Assembly: GCA_018222585.1 (NCBI GenBank)
Contig: JAAFAB010000003.1
Coordinates: 249,781-313,780 of the forward strand
Length of the DNA stretch: 64,000 bases
Source: Paracoccaceae bacterium
GTDB taxonomy: Bacteria > Pseudomonadota > Alphaproteobacteria > Rhodobacterales > Rhodobacteraceae
Direction of reading: 5' to 3'
Shown here piece by piece: positions 19,030-28,377 of the stretch. The notes under the pieces are model-generated. The model was not told the origin of the DNA. It searched no databases and saw only the letters and a list, made by a program, of their open reading frames with translations. The position numbers and the translations under genes were made by a program. Position 1 is the first letter of the stretch, and the number at the start of each line of letters is the position of its first letter.

Positions 19030-19247
19030 GGCCCGCGCGTGTCTTGGTTGCGGTTGGCTGGGCACTCGCCCCGGCGGGGCGTCGCCCGCCCGCCAACCCC
19101 TTCATTTCATTGGGTAGTTCAGAGAGCCCGGTTCCCCCGGGTGCCACCTTTGGCAGCCCCCGGGGCTCCGTCCGTGATCGGCCCGAAAGGTCCACCGGAC
19201 CTTTCGCCTGTCCCCCGCAGTCTCGGGGGACAGGTCCGGCCGATCAC
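19030..19247 (-). promoter_or_regulatory. Highly structured intercistronic RNA between the binding-protein and permease genes
   Basis: Outer stem GTGATCGGCC/GGCCGATCAC enclosing two hairpins, followed by two further long stems, one capped by loop AAAGGT. Confidence 0.6.
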
Positions 19248-20611
19248 CCCTGAACCTCATTCCCCACGACCATCTGCTCGCCCTTCAGCCCGATCGGCAG
19301 GCTTTCCAGATAGGCGTTCGGAGCCTTGCCGTCGTAGGGAATGCCGTCGATCACATCGCCGGCCGGGGTCGGGGCCTTGTAGCCGTCACTGTCCCAGGGG
19401 AAATCAGCCTCGTTGGCCAGGCCCTCGTCGACCAGCAGGCGGGCGGCCTCCAGGTAGATCTCGGGCTTGTAGACCGACTTGGCGACCTCGTCGTACCAGC
19501 TGTCCGGCTTGGCCTCGGGGATCTGGCCCCAGCGACGCATCTGGGTCAGGTACCAGACGGCGTCGGAATAGAAGGGATAGGTGGCGTTGTAGCGGAAGAA
19601 GACATTGAAATCGGGGACCTCGCGGGTGTCGCCCTTCTCGTACTCGAAGGTGCCGGTCATCGAGTTGGCGATGACCTCGTAGTCCGCACCGACATATTCG
19701 GGACGCGACAGGATCTCGACCGCCTCGGGACGGTTGGCATTGTCGTTCTCGTCCAGCCACTGTGCGGCGCGGATCAGCGCCTTGGTCACGGCCAGCGTGG
19801 TGTTGGGGTTCTCTTCGGCGAAGGCGGCGGAGATGCCGAAGACCTTTTCCGGGTTGTTCTTCCACAGCTCGTAGTCGGTGATCACCGGCACGCCGATGCC
19901 CTTGAAAACCGCCTGCTGGTTCCAGGGCTCACCGACGCAGTAGCCCGAGATGGTGCCGGCTTCCAGCGTGGCGGGCATCTGCGGCGGCGGGGTGACCGAC
20001 AGGAAGGCCTCGGCGCCGATCTGGCCGGTGACGTTCTCGGGCGAGTAGTAGCCGGGCTCGATGCCACCGGCGGCCAGCCAGTAGCGCAGCTCGTAGTTGT
20101 GGGTCGAGACGGGGAAGACCATACCCATGTTGAAGGGCTTGCCCTCGGCGTTGAAGCTCTCGATCACCGGCTTGAGGTGGCTGGCCGAGATCGGATGCGC
20201 GACCTTGCCCTCGGCGTCGGTTTCCAGGCCGGGCTTCATCATCTCCCAGACCTCGTTGGACACGGTGATGCCGTTGCCGTTCAGATCCATCGAGAAGGGG
20301 GTGATGATATGCGCCTCGGTGCCGTAGCCGATGGTGGCGGCCAGGGGCTGACCAGCCAGCATGTGCGCGCCATCCAGCGTGCCCGAGATCACGCCGTCCA
20401 GCAGCACCTTCCAGTTGGCCTGCGCTTCCAGCGTGACGAACAGCCCTTCGTCATCGAAGAAGCCCTGTTCGTAGGCGACAGCCAGCGGCGCCATGTCGGT
20501 CAGCTTGATGAAGCCGAAGGTCAGCACGTCCTTTTCCAGGTCGAGCATTTCGGCATTGGCGGGCGCGACCATGGCGGTCGTGGCGGCCAGAGAGAGAAGA
20601 AGTCGCTTCAT
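19244..20611 (-). CDS. Nitrate ABC transporter substrate-binding protein (NrtA/CmpA family)
   Basis: Signal peptide [12 protein letters not shown]..., [33 protein letters not shown]; start 20611. Confidence 0.94.
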   Translation of the reverse strand: MKRLLLSLAATTAMVAPANAEMLDLEKDVLTFGFIKLTDMAPLAVAYEQGFFDDEGLFVTLEAQANWKVLLDGVISGTLDGAHMLAGQPLAATIGYGTEAHIITPFSMDLNGNGITVSNEVWEMMKPGLETDAEGKVAHPISASHLKPVIESFNAEGKPFNMGMVFPVSTHNYELRYWLAAGGIEPGYYSPENVTGQIGAEAFLSVTPPPQMPATLEAGTISGYCVGEPWNQQAVFKGIGVPVITDYELWKNNPEKVFGISAAFAEENPNTTLAVTKALIRAAQWLDENDNANRPEAVEILSRPEYVGADYEVIANSMTGTFEYEKGDTREVPDFNVFFRYNATYPFYSDAVWYLTQMRRWGQIPEAKPDSWYDEVAKSVYKPEIYLEAARLLVDEGLANEADFPWDSDGYKAPTPAGDVIDGIPYDGKAPNAYLESLPIGLKGEQMVVGNEVQG

Positions 20612-20669
20612 TTCATACCCCGTCTTTGTTTCTGGCCCGGGGTTGGTTTCAATCTCCCGGGCGAACACG

Positions 20670-20772
20670 AAAAGCCACTCTGACAGACCGGATGGAGGCA
20701 TCCGGATGTCGAGCGGCTTTGCTCAGTCGAACCCAATCAGTGGGAGAAAGTCGTCAGGTGGGCGCCATTGCC
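20670..20772 (-). promoter_or_regulatory. NasT/ANTAR antitermination leader (two hexaloop hairpins plus overlapping terminator)
   Basis: Minus strand: GGC-AATGGC-GCC (20772-20761) and GAGC-AAAGCC-GCTC (20724-20711), both with A1/G4 loops; the second overlaps the 5' arm of a long terminator stem ending GAGTGGCTTTT (20670). Confidence 0.85.
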
Positions 20773-20887
20773 TGCCTGTGACCCCGAGAGTGCGGGATTC
20801 GCGGCGTTCGCGCAAAGGTTCGGTGGCACTTCGCGGCGTTTTTGGCGCGCCAGACAGGAGCTGCCGAAAAATGCGCCGGGTTTTCGC

Positions 20888-22072
20888 CTATTTGCCGCGC
20901 GACGGCTCAAAAACGCGGCCATCGAAGAAGGAATCGGGCAGCAACGAGAGGTGCCCATGGGCCGAGGCGATGGAGGTTTCGGCGGTGACGGCGCCCTCGA
21001 TCTTGGCCGAGGCGCCGGGCAGGTCGGCCTCGGACCCGGCAAGGGCGGCGCGGTGCAGGTCGCTGCGGAAGGCGCTGCCGCCGGCGCGCCGGGCGGCGTC
21101 GCGGTCCAGCCCGGTGCGGGCAGCCAGCTGATGCGCGATCCATTCCGCCTGGCTGCGCCAGGGGAAGGTGGCACAGCCCTTGTGGAAGCCCATGAAGCCG
21201 GGCGTCTCGCGCGTGTCGCCGCGCGGATTGATCACCATGCGGCCCGACAAGGCGCGTTCCAGCACCTCGACCGGCAGGTTCAAGTACTCGGGCCGCGACA
21301 GCAGCTCGGCGGCAAGGGCGCGCGAGTCGGGCTCGGCCAGCCAGCGCCCGGCCCGCCAGCAGGCGCGGATCAGGCGGCCGGTCAGGGCCTCTTCGCCCTC
21401 GGCCCAGTCGGTGCGCAGGGCCAGCACCTTCTCGGGGGCGAAGCTCCAGACGGCGCGACCGGGCAGCAGCAGCTCTCCGGCGCCGTTTTCCACGGTGATG
21501 CTGCCCCATGGCTCGCCGACGCAGAAGGCGTCGATCTCTCCGGCGGCCATGGCATCGGCCATCAGCGGCGGCGGCACGGTGCGGATGGACACGCTCTGCG
21601 GTGCGGGCAGGCCGAGGGCCGACAGCCAGTAGTAAAGCAGCTCGGCGTGCATCGAGAAGGGGAAGGGCACCCCGATACGCAGCGGGGCATCGGCGGGCTT
21701 GGCGCGGATCAACGCCGCACCGGCGGCGCGGGCGTCGTGGAAGGCAAAGTCATGGCCCACCTCGCGCAGCCGTGCGGCCAGCGCGTTCGAGACACCGATC
21801 ACCGTGCCGTTGACCGACAGCACCGAAACCGCCGAGAGCGCCGCGCCGGTGCCCCCCAGCCCGAGCGCCGAAGCGACCGGCACCGGCGAGAGCATATGCG
21901 CCGCCTCGACCCGGCCGAAGACCAGCATGTCGCGCAGGGACGACCACGAGGGCGCCTTGACCAGTTCCAGCGCGATGCCCTCTTCGGCGGCAAAGCCCAT
22001 CTCCTGCGCGGCGATCAGCGGCGCCGCGTCGACCAGGGGGATGAACCCGACATTCAGGCTGACCGCCTTCAT
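20888..22072 (-). CDS. nasS: Nitrate/nitrite sensor NasS (NrtA-like, no signal peptide)
   Basis: GFIPLVDAAPL, PFPFSMHAELL, FCVGEPWG; overlaps nasT. Confidence 0.9.
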   Translation of the reverse strand: MKAVSLNVGFIPLVDAAPLIAAQEMGFAAEEGIALELVKAPSWSSLRDMLVFGRVEAAHMLSPVPVASALGLGGTGAALSAVSVLSVNGTVIGVSNALAARLREVGHDFAFHDARAAGAALIRAKPADAPLRIGVPFPFSMHAELLYYWLSALGLPAPQSVSIRTVPPPLMADAMAAGEIDAFCVGEPWGSITVENGAGELLLPGRAVWSFAPEKVLALRTDWAEGEEALTGRLIRACWRAGRWLAEPDSRALAAELLSRPEYLNLPVEVLERALSGRMVINPRGDTRETPGFMGFHKGCATFPWRSQAEWIAHQLAARTGLDRDAARRAGGSAFRSDLHRAALAGSEADLPGASAKIEGAVTAETSIASAHGHLSLLPDSFFDGRVFEPSRGK

Positions 22073-22653
22073 CCCAGCAGCCCCGCAGCGGTGACCAGCG
22101 CCTGCGCCACATCGGCAACCCGGCGGTTCTGGTCCATCGCGGTCTTGCGCAGCAGGGCATAGGCCTCGTCCTCGCCCATGCCGCGCGCCTTCATCAGCAG
22201 GCCCTTGGCGCGGTCGATCACCTTGCGCTCTTCCAGCGCGCGCTTGGTGGCGGCCAGTTCGGTGCGCATCCGTTGGAACATGTTGAAGCGCGCCACGGCG
22301 GCATCCATCACCGGCTTCACCCGGTCCGGCTGCAGCCCGGCCACGACATAGGCCGAGACCCCGGCCTCGATCGCGGCGCGGGTCAGCCCGTCATCACTCT
22401 GATCGACGAACATGGCGACCGGGCGCTCCAGCGGGCCCGAGGCCAGTGTCAGCTCTTCCAGCATGTCGCGCGAGGGGTTGGCGATATCCACCAGCACCAT
22501 GTCGGGGTTATGCGCCTTCACCCGCCGCGCCAGCCCGGTGACCTCGGCGATGACGTGGATGTCGTAATCCCCCGCCTCGGCCAGGCTGTCGACGATCAGC
22601 ATGGCGCGGTCGCGGTCCGGCTCGACGACGATGATGGAAAGCTTGTCCGTCAT
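22069..22653 (-). CDS. nasT: ANTAR antiterminator NasT
   Basis: Receiver-like N-terminus plus LEERKVIDRAKGLLM...EAYALLRKTAMD ANTAR motif. Confidence 0.95.
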   Translation of the reverse strand: MTDKLSIIVVEPDRDRAMLIVDSLAEAGDYDIHVIAEVTGLARRVKAHNPDMVLVDIANPSRDMLEELTLASGPLERPVAMFVDQSDDGLTRAAIEAGVSAYVVAGLQPDRVKPVMDAAVARFNMFQRMRTELAATKRALEERKVIDRAKGLLMKARGMGEDEAYALLRKTAMDQNRRVADVAQALVTAAGLLG

Positions 22654-22793
22654 GCCCCTGACATGGGGCCAGACCGGGACGCTTGTAAACAGAAAGCGCG
22701 CCGCAGCGCGGCACGGTCGCCCGCTCCCACCCCGCGCCCTGCTGAAAAAGGTGGCGCGGGGGCCCGCGCAGCAAGGCGGCCCGGGGCCAACAC

Positions 22794-22808
22794 TTAATGG
22801 TTGATTAA
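22794..22808. promoter_or_regulatory. Perfect CtrA box
   Basis: TTAA-TGGTTGA-TTAA, about 95 bp upstream of the methyltransferase ATG, in otherwise GC-rich DNA. Confidence 0.65.
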
Positions 22809-22904
22809 ATTTGATGCGACGATTTGGGGACGTTGTGGGCGGGGGCCTTTGGCCTAGGCTTTCGCCACGCCCGCAGGGGCGGGTAGCGCGTGAAAGGGTT
22901 CCCC

Positions 22905-23834
22905 ATGCAGATACTGGATCACCCCCCGATGACCTGGCGCGAAGATCAGCGCGTCGCCTGGCCGATGAAGAAGCTGGGCCATGCCCAGCTCGGCGCCCGC
23001 GAGGGGGCCATGCTGTACTACCTCGCCCGTGACTGGGCCTCGGGCGCGCGTCCGCTGGTCGAGCTGGGCTCGTTCCTGGGCGGGTCCGCCTCTCTGACCG
23101 GCGCGGGGCTGAAGGACAACCCGCTGTGGGACGGCCAGACGAAACTGCATTGCTTCGACATCTTCGAGGCGAAATTCGGCAACATGGCCGAGTTCATCCG
23201 CACCCGCGTCGATCCAGATTTCGAAGAGGGGCAGAATTTCCAGTATCTCTTCGATGCCCAGACCGCCGAGGTCTCGGAGGCGATCGAGGTGCATCGCGGC
23301 GACCTGGTGCAGGCCAGCTGGGGCGGCGGAGAGATCGACATGCTGTTTGTCGACATCGCCAAGACGCCGGACCTGAACCGCATCACCCTGCAGCGCTTCC
23401 TGCCCGCCCTCAGGGTCCAGACAGGGCTGCTGGTGAACCAGGATTTCCACAACCCGGACAATCCCTGGATCCATACCTCGCTGGGCTTCCTGTCGGGCTA
23501 CTTCGAGCTGGTCGAGCCGCGCGCCGATGATTCCATCCTGCTGCGCCTTGTCCGTCCGATCCCGCCCGAGGCCCTGCGCGAGGCCGGTCGCTTCGAGGAC
23601 CTGCCGGACGAAGAGGCGATGAACCGGGTCAACCGGCTGATGTCGCTGCTGCGCCAGAACGATGCCGACACCCGTTATGTCGAGCTGGTCCGCGCCAGGC
23701 TGCAGATCCGCGCCGGCAACCGCGCGGCGGGTCGCGCCACGGTCGAGGCGGCGTTGGCCCGCTACGGTGAGGGGGATCCCAGGACCGATTTCTTCTGGAA
23801 GCGGCGGGCGGACTCGGTGCAGGCGCTGGCCTGA
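22905..23834 (+). CDS. Class I SAM-dependent methyltransferase-like protein (Methyltransf_24-like) with helical C-terminus
   Basis: VELGSFLGGS motif I, HCFDIFE, IDMLFVDIAK; substrate unknown. Confidence 0.7.
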   Translation: MQILDHPPMTWREDQRVAWPMKKLGHAQLGAREGAMLYYLARDWASGARPLVELGSFLGGSASLTGAGLKDNPLWDGQTKLHCFDIFEAKFGNMAEFIRTRVDPDFEEGQNFQYLFDAQTAEVSEAIEVHRGDLVQASWGGGEIDMLFVDIAKTPDLNRITLQRFLPALRVQTGLLVNQDFHNPDNPWIHTSLGFLSGYFELVEPRADDSILLRLVRPIPPEALREAGRFEDLPDEEAMNRVNRLMSLLRQNDADTRYVELVRARLQIRAGNRAAGRATVEAALARYGEGDPRTDFFWKRRADSVQALA

Positions 23835-23960
23835 TCCCAGCGTGCTGATCCGATTGGCCCTTTCCCGACCTGCGGGGGCGCGCAGGGTCACTGTGCGCCC
23901 CCGGGCAGTTCCCGTGCAGCCATTCCGGGTTATCTTCCTGCCAACAGGAGGACCCGAAAG

Positions 23961-24938
23961 ATGAGCTGGAACCCCGATCACCTGCTGACCGACCCCGACC
24001 TTGTCGCCGCCTCGGCGCTGGAAACCGTGCTGGTGCCGCGCGCCCGCGACATCGGCGGCTTCGAGGTGCGCCGCGCCCTGCCCGCGCCGAAGCGGCAAAT
24101 GGTGGGCCCCTTCATCTTCTTCGACCAGATGGGCCCGGCAGAGCTGCTGACCGGCGAAAGGATCGACGTGCGCCCGCATCCCCATATCGGGCTGGGCACC
24201 GTCACCTACCTCTATGACGGGGTGTTCCATCACCGCGACTCGGTCGGCTCGGACCAGCTGATCCGACCGGGCGACGTCAACTGGATGGTGGCGGGGCGCG
24301 GGGTCAGCCACTCCGAACGCTCGCCCTCGGCCGAGGCAGGCGGGCCGCTCTATGGCATCCAGACCTGGATGGCCCTGCCCAGCCGGGACGAGGACCGCGC
24401 CCCGGACTTCGAGCACCACCCCAAGGCCAGCCTGCCGATGCTGGAGGCGCATGGCATCTCGGCGCGGCTGATCCTGGGCACTGCCTTCGGCGAAACCGCC
24501 CCGGCGACGCTGTTCTCGGAAACCTTCTACCTGGACGTGACGCTGGCGCCCGGCGCCGCCTTCCCCCTGCCCGACGATCACGAGGATCGCGGGCTGCATG
24601 TCACCCACGGCAGCCTTCAGGTGGCGGGGCAGAGCTTCGAGGCCGGGCGAATGATGGTCTTTCGCCCCGGCGACCGGATCTCGGTTCGCGCCGGAGAGAA
24701 GGGCGCGCGCTTCCTCGCCCTCGGCGGCGCCACCCTGCCCGAACCGCGCTACATCTGGTGGAACTTCGTCTCGTCCTCGCCCGAGAAGATCGAGGCCGCC
24801 AAGCTTGACTGGCGGCGCGGCGACTGGGGCAAGGGATTGTTCGACCTGCCCTCCGGCGATGCGGCGGAGTTCATCGAGGCGCCCGAGGACCGGCCCGGGC
24901 GCATGACGCCGATGCAGGCCGGCCCGCGCGGCGGTTGA
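23961..24938 (+). CDS. Pirin family protein
   Basis: GPFIFFDQMGP, PHPHIGL, WMVAGRGVSHSE, IQTW, WWNFVSS. Confidence 0.95.
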   Translation: MSWNPDHLLTDPDLVAASALETVLVPRARDIGGFEVRRALPAPKRQMVGPFIFFDQMGPAELLTGERIDVRPHPHIGLGTVTYLYDGVFHHRDSVGSDQLIRPGDVNWMVAGRGVSHSERSPSAEAGGPLYGIQTWMALPSRDEDRAPDFEHHPKASLPMLEAHGISARLILGTAFGETAPATLFSETFYLDVTLAPGAAFPLPDDHEDRGLHVTHGSLQVAGQSFEAGRMMVFRPGDRISVRAGEKGARFLALGGATLPEPRYIWWNFVSSSPEKIEAAKLDWRRGDWGKGLFDLPSGDAAEFIEAPEDRPGRMTPMQAGPRGG

Positions 24939-25006
24939 GGCGGATTTTCGCAATAGCCGCCCGATTTCCGGCGCCAGCCCGGGGCCGGATCGGCTAGCCT
25001 GCGGCC

Positions 25007-26068
25007 ATGATGTTCGACCTGCCCCCGGATGACCTGCTCTATGACGCGCTGCTGGCGCGCGACGCCAGCTATGATGGCCGCGCCCTGGTCTGCGTAACCT
25101 CGACGGGCATCTTCTGCCGCCTCACCTGCCCGGCCCGCAAACCCCTGCGCCAGAACTGCCTGTTCCGCGCCAGCCCCGGCGAATGCCTGGCCGAGGGCTT
25201 CCGCCCCTGTAAACGCTGCCATCCCCTTGGCCAGGCCGAGGACCCCGCCGTCTCGACCCTGCTGGCGGCGCTGGAAGACCGGCCCGAGCACCGCTGGACC
25301 GAAGGCTGCGTGGCGCGCCTCGGCCTCGACCCCTCGACGGTGCGGCGGGCCTTCAAGCGGCAGTTCGGCATGACCTTCCTTGAAATGGCCCGCCAGCGGA
25401 GATTGCGCGACGGCTTCCTGACCCTCGGACAGGGCGGGAAGGTGATCGAGGCGCAGCTTGATGCCGGGTTCTCCTCGGGCTCGGCCTTCCGGGCGGCCTT
25501 CGCCCGGCTTCTGGGCGCGGCCCCCGGCAGCCTGCGCGGCGATGCGTTGCTGCTGGCCGACTGGATCGCCACGCCGCTTGGCGACATGATCGCCATCTCT
25601 TCCGCCCATCACCTGCACCTGCTGGAATTCACCGAACGCCGCGCGCTGGCGGGCGAGGTGCGCAAGCTCTCCGAGCACGCCAGGGGATCCCTCGGCATCG
25701 GGGTGCATCCACCGACCGAACAGATCCGCACCGAGCTGGCCGCGTTCTTTGCCGGGCGCTCGGCCCGCTTCGAGACCCCGCTGGCGTTGCACGGCTCGCC
25801 CTTCACCCGCGAGGTCTGGGAGGCCCTTCGCGAGATCCCGGCGGGCGAAACGCGGTCCTACGGGGACCTTGCCCGCGCCCTTGGCCGACCCGGATCGCAC
25901 CGCGCCGTCGCCCGCGCCAATGGCGCCAACCAGATCGCGCTGGTGATCCCCTGCCACCGCGTCATCGGCGCTGACGGATCGCTGACCGGTTACGGCGGCG
26001 GCCTCTGGCGCAAGCAGCGCCTGCTGGAGATCGAGGCCGCCTATCGCCCCGCCCGCGCCACCGGCTAG
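25007..26068 (+). CDS. ada: Bifunctional Ada regulator / O6-methylguanine-DNA methyltransferase
   Basis: TGIFCRLTCPAR and RPCKRC Zn motifs, AraC-type HTH, PCHRV active site. Confidence 0.92.
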   Translation: MMFDLPPDDLLYDALLARDASYDGRALVCVTSTGIFCRLTCPARKPLRQNCLFRASPGECLAEGFRPCKRCHPLGQAEDPAVSTLLAALEDRPEHRWTEGCVARLGLDPSTVRRAFKRQFGMTFLEMARQRRLRDGFLTLGQGGKVIEAQLDAGFSSGSAFRAAFARLLGAAPGSLRGDALLLADWIATPLGDMIAISSAHHLHLLEFTERRALAGEVRKLSEHARGSLGIGVHPPTEQIRTELAAFFAGRSARFETPLALHGSPFTREVWEALREIPAGETRSYGDLARALGRPGSHRAVARANGANQIALVIPCHRVIGADGSLTGYGGGLWRKQRLLEIEAAYRPARATG

Positions 26069-27201
26069 CCCGCGATCACGCGATGGCGCGCGGGTGTCGC
26101 GCCGGCCAGGTGAAACAGCCGCCGCAGCTCGTCATTGCGCCCGCCGAGGGGGCCGCCGCGCACCCCGGCCAACCCCGCGATGGTCTCGTTCGCCTTCTCG
26201 GAGAGGGTGCCGCCAAGGATGCGGGCCTGCGACAGCTGCCGCGTGACCTTGTACCAGAACGGCCCGCCCAGCCCGATCAGCAGACCCGACAGCAGCACGT
26301 TCAACTGCCACAGCCCCCAGGTGCCCGCGTTCTGCCAGCGGCAGGCCAGCCGCGCCCGGCGAGAGGTCTCGGCGTCGCAGGCGGGCAGCACCGTCATCGG
26401 CGCGCCGATCGGCAGGGCGTACTTGGCGCGCAGCAGATCCACGTCAGCCTGCCGCTCGGCCAGCATCTTCTGCAGGGCCCCGATCTCCTCGAGCGCGCCG
26501 GGGACCGCCTCTGACCCGTCAGGGGCCACATCAGGGGCCCTGTCGGGGCCCCCGCTGCCGCCCTGCGCGACGATGTAACTGCCGAGGATCTTGTCCTGCG
26601 ACTCGATCAGCGCCTCGATGGTCTTCGGGTTCTCCTGCAGCCCGCGCACCAGGTTGAGGAAATGCACCTGCGCCCCGAAGGCGAAGACCAGCGAGACCAG
26701 GAAGACCAGCAGGTTGCTGTTGCGCCGGAAGCGTTCCGAGGACAGCGCCATGTAGCGATCGAACCCCAGCATCAGCGCGTCGAAGCGTTCCGGCGCGGTC
26801 TCGAAGACTGTTTCCTGCAGGCGCTGACCCAGGTCGGTCTCGGCCAGCCGCTGCACGAGAGCCTCGGGGGAGAGGCGTTCGATCCAGGGTTTCGAGCCCA
26901 GTTTCGACAGCATCTCGACCGGACCGGAGCGGCGGCTGAGGCCCTCGGGCACCGCCATGTTGCGCGTCAGGTGATCGCGCAGCGCGGCGAGGGTGGCGCG
27001 TTTATCGGGCGCCGCGCCGCCGCCGGTCGCGGCGATCAGGCTGGGCCAGAGCACGGTTTCCAGGTAGCCGTCCAGCGAACTGCGCAGGTTGCGCGACCGC
27101 AGGTTCAGCAGCCGGGTCAGAACCTCGACCAGGCCCGACACGATGGTGGAGAAGGCGACCATGAGGATGGCGAAGGCAAGCAGGAAATCGAGAATGAGCA
27201 T
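26065..27201 (-). CDS. Uncharacterised multi-pass membrane protein
   Basis: Three hydrophobic segments and C-terminal LLIGLGGPFWY motif; GC-rich codon pattern; ATG at 27201 (the track start at 27501 overlaps ridA). Confidence 0.75.
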   Translation of the reverse strand: MLILDFLLAFAILMVAFSTIVSGLVEVLTRLLNLRSRNLRSSLDGYLETVLWPSLIAATGGGAAPDKRATLAALRDHLTRNMAVPEGLSRRSGPVEMLSKLGSKPWIERLSPEALVQRLAETDLGQRLQETVFETAPERFDALMLGFDRYMALSSERFRRNSNLLVFLVSLVFAFGAQVHFLNLVRGLQENPKTIEALIESQDKILGSYIVAQGGSGGPDRAPDVAPDGSEAVPGALEEIGALQKMLAERQADVDLLRAKYALPIGAPMTVLPACDAETSRRARLACRWQNAGTWGLWQLNVLLSGLLIGLGGPFWYKVTRQLSQARILGGTLSEKANETIAGLAGVRGGPLGGRNDELRRLFHLAGATPARHRVIAG

Positions 27202-27484
27202 GGTGAAGCTCCGGTGATGAAAAGGGCATCTGAAATGGGGCAAGGATGCCAGCGCGCCGCCGGTCACGGAACATGGGCATTGGTCGCGGTCGCGGCAGGC
27301 AGCGCACCGCCACGCCCACCGCCACGCCTTGACCTCGTCACCGTTTCGCGGCTGGACTGCGCCACGGCCGGCGCTCTGCGGGCCGCTCCCTGCCCTGTGC
27401 GCTGCGCCCGACCACGTGAGGACGGCGGTCGCACCGGGATCCGCACCGCTCCGGCCAGGCCGGACAGACCCTGAAGGAATTGCA

Positions 27485-27829
27485 ATGAGCATCACCCGCA
27501 TCGCACCCGGCCCCCGGATGAGCCAGGCCGTCGTGCATAACGATACCGTCTACCTTGCCGGCCAGGTCGGCCACGGCGCCGGCGTCGCCGAGCAGAGCCG
27601 CGACGCCCTGGCCCAGGTCGACCGGCTGCTGGCCGAGGTCGGGTCGAGCAAGTCCAAGATCCTCTCGGCGACCGTCTGGCTGGCCGACATGGCCGATTTC
27701 GCCGAGATGAACTCGGTCTGGGATGCCTGGATCGACCCGGCGAATCCGCCCGCCCGCGCCTGCGGCGAGGCCAAGCTGGCAACGCCGGACTACCTGGTCG
27801 AATTCCTAGTGATCGCCGCGGTCGACTGA
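27485..27829 (+). CDS. RidA/YoaB family enamine deaminase
   Basis: RMSQAVVH, VYLAGQV, FAEMNSVWDAW, PARAC; GGA-type SD upstream of ATG 27485. Confidence 0.92.
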   Translation: MSITRIAPGPRMSQAVVHNDTVYLAGQVGHGAGVAEQSRDALAQVDRLLAEVGSSKSKILSATVWLADMADFAEMNSVWDAWIDPANPPARACGEAKLATPDYLVEFLVIAAVD

Positions 27830-27984
27830 CACGCTCCGATGCGCCAGCGTCCCGAGCGGGCGCCTCGGCCACCGAAGGACCGACCGCGGCGGCGTCCGTC
27901 CTGGCCTGCCTCGCGCGCGGGCAGGCCCAGCCGATCCGGGAAAACCCTGTCGGCCAGTGCGTTGCGGGACCGATGATTGCCGGC

Positions 27985-28115
27985 AAGGTGGTACGCGCAG
28001 CCGTCGGCGTGACCACCCCATTCCGAGGCATTCTCCCTCGCGGACCGCGTGGCGATCCTGAACCGGAGTCGGATCGCGCAGCTGGGCAGCCCCGGGATAT
28101 CTTCCTGCGCCCGAC
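27985..28115 (+). pseudogene. Frameshifted remnant of an ABC-transporter ATPase
   Basis: Across three frames reads VVRAAVGVTT / HSEAFSLADRVAILNRSRIAQLGSP / RDIFLRP, the conserved segment after the H-loop; no start codon or Walker A. Confidence 0.65.
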
Positions 28116-28359
28116 ATGCCGGAGATCGACGATTCCGCTGAGCTGTCCCCCGGAACCAGGGGCGACCGCTCCGGCCGGATCAACGTGACGCCACGACCAG
28201 GCTGGGGTCGAATGAGCGGCCTTCCATGCGCTCTTCGGCTTTCGTCCCGGACGGGGCCGCTGTCCGATGGCGGGTGCCCTGCCCCCTGCCGGTTTCGTCA
28301 GGCTCACCTGTCTCAGCCACGCCGCTGAAGAGCTTCAGAGGATCGAGGCCCATCGGCAT
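28110..28359 (-). pseudogene. Decayed LysR-family regulator (N-terminal HTH remnant)
   Basis: Across shifting frames reads MGLDPLKLFSGVAETG / SLTK / EERMEGRSFD / GRGVTL / GQLSGIVDL, matching the LysR HTH pattern; divergent from the SDR gene. Confidence 0.65.
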
Positions 28360-28360
28360 T

Positions 28361-28377
28361 GGTTAGAACCGCTAACC
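28361..28377. promoter_or_regulatory. LysR-type operator (T-N11-A dyad)
   Basis: GGTTAG-AACCG-CTAACC interrupted palindrome immediately before the LysR remnant start, next to a minus-strand TTGACA (28382-28387). Confidence 0.5.

Noticed and set aside
20773-20887. Sigma54 promoter or NtrC site for the nitrate operon
   Set aside because: Candidate GG...GC pairs on the minus strand have 11-12 nt spacing instead of 10, and no convincing NtrC dyad was found.
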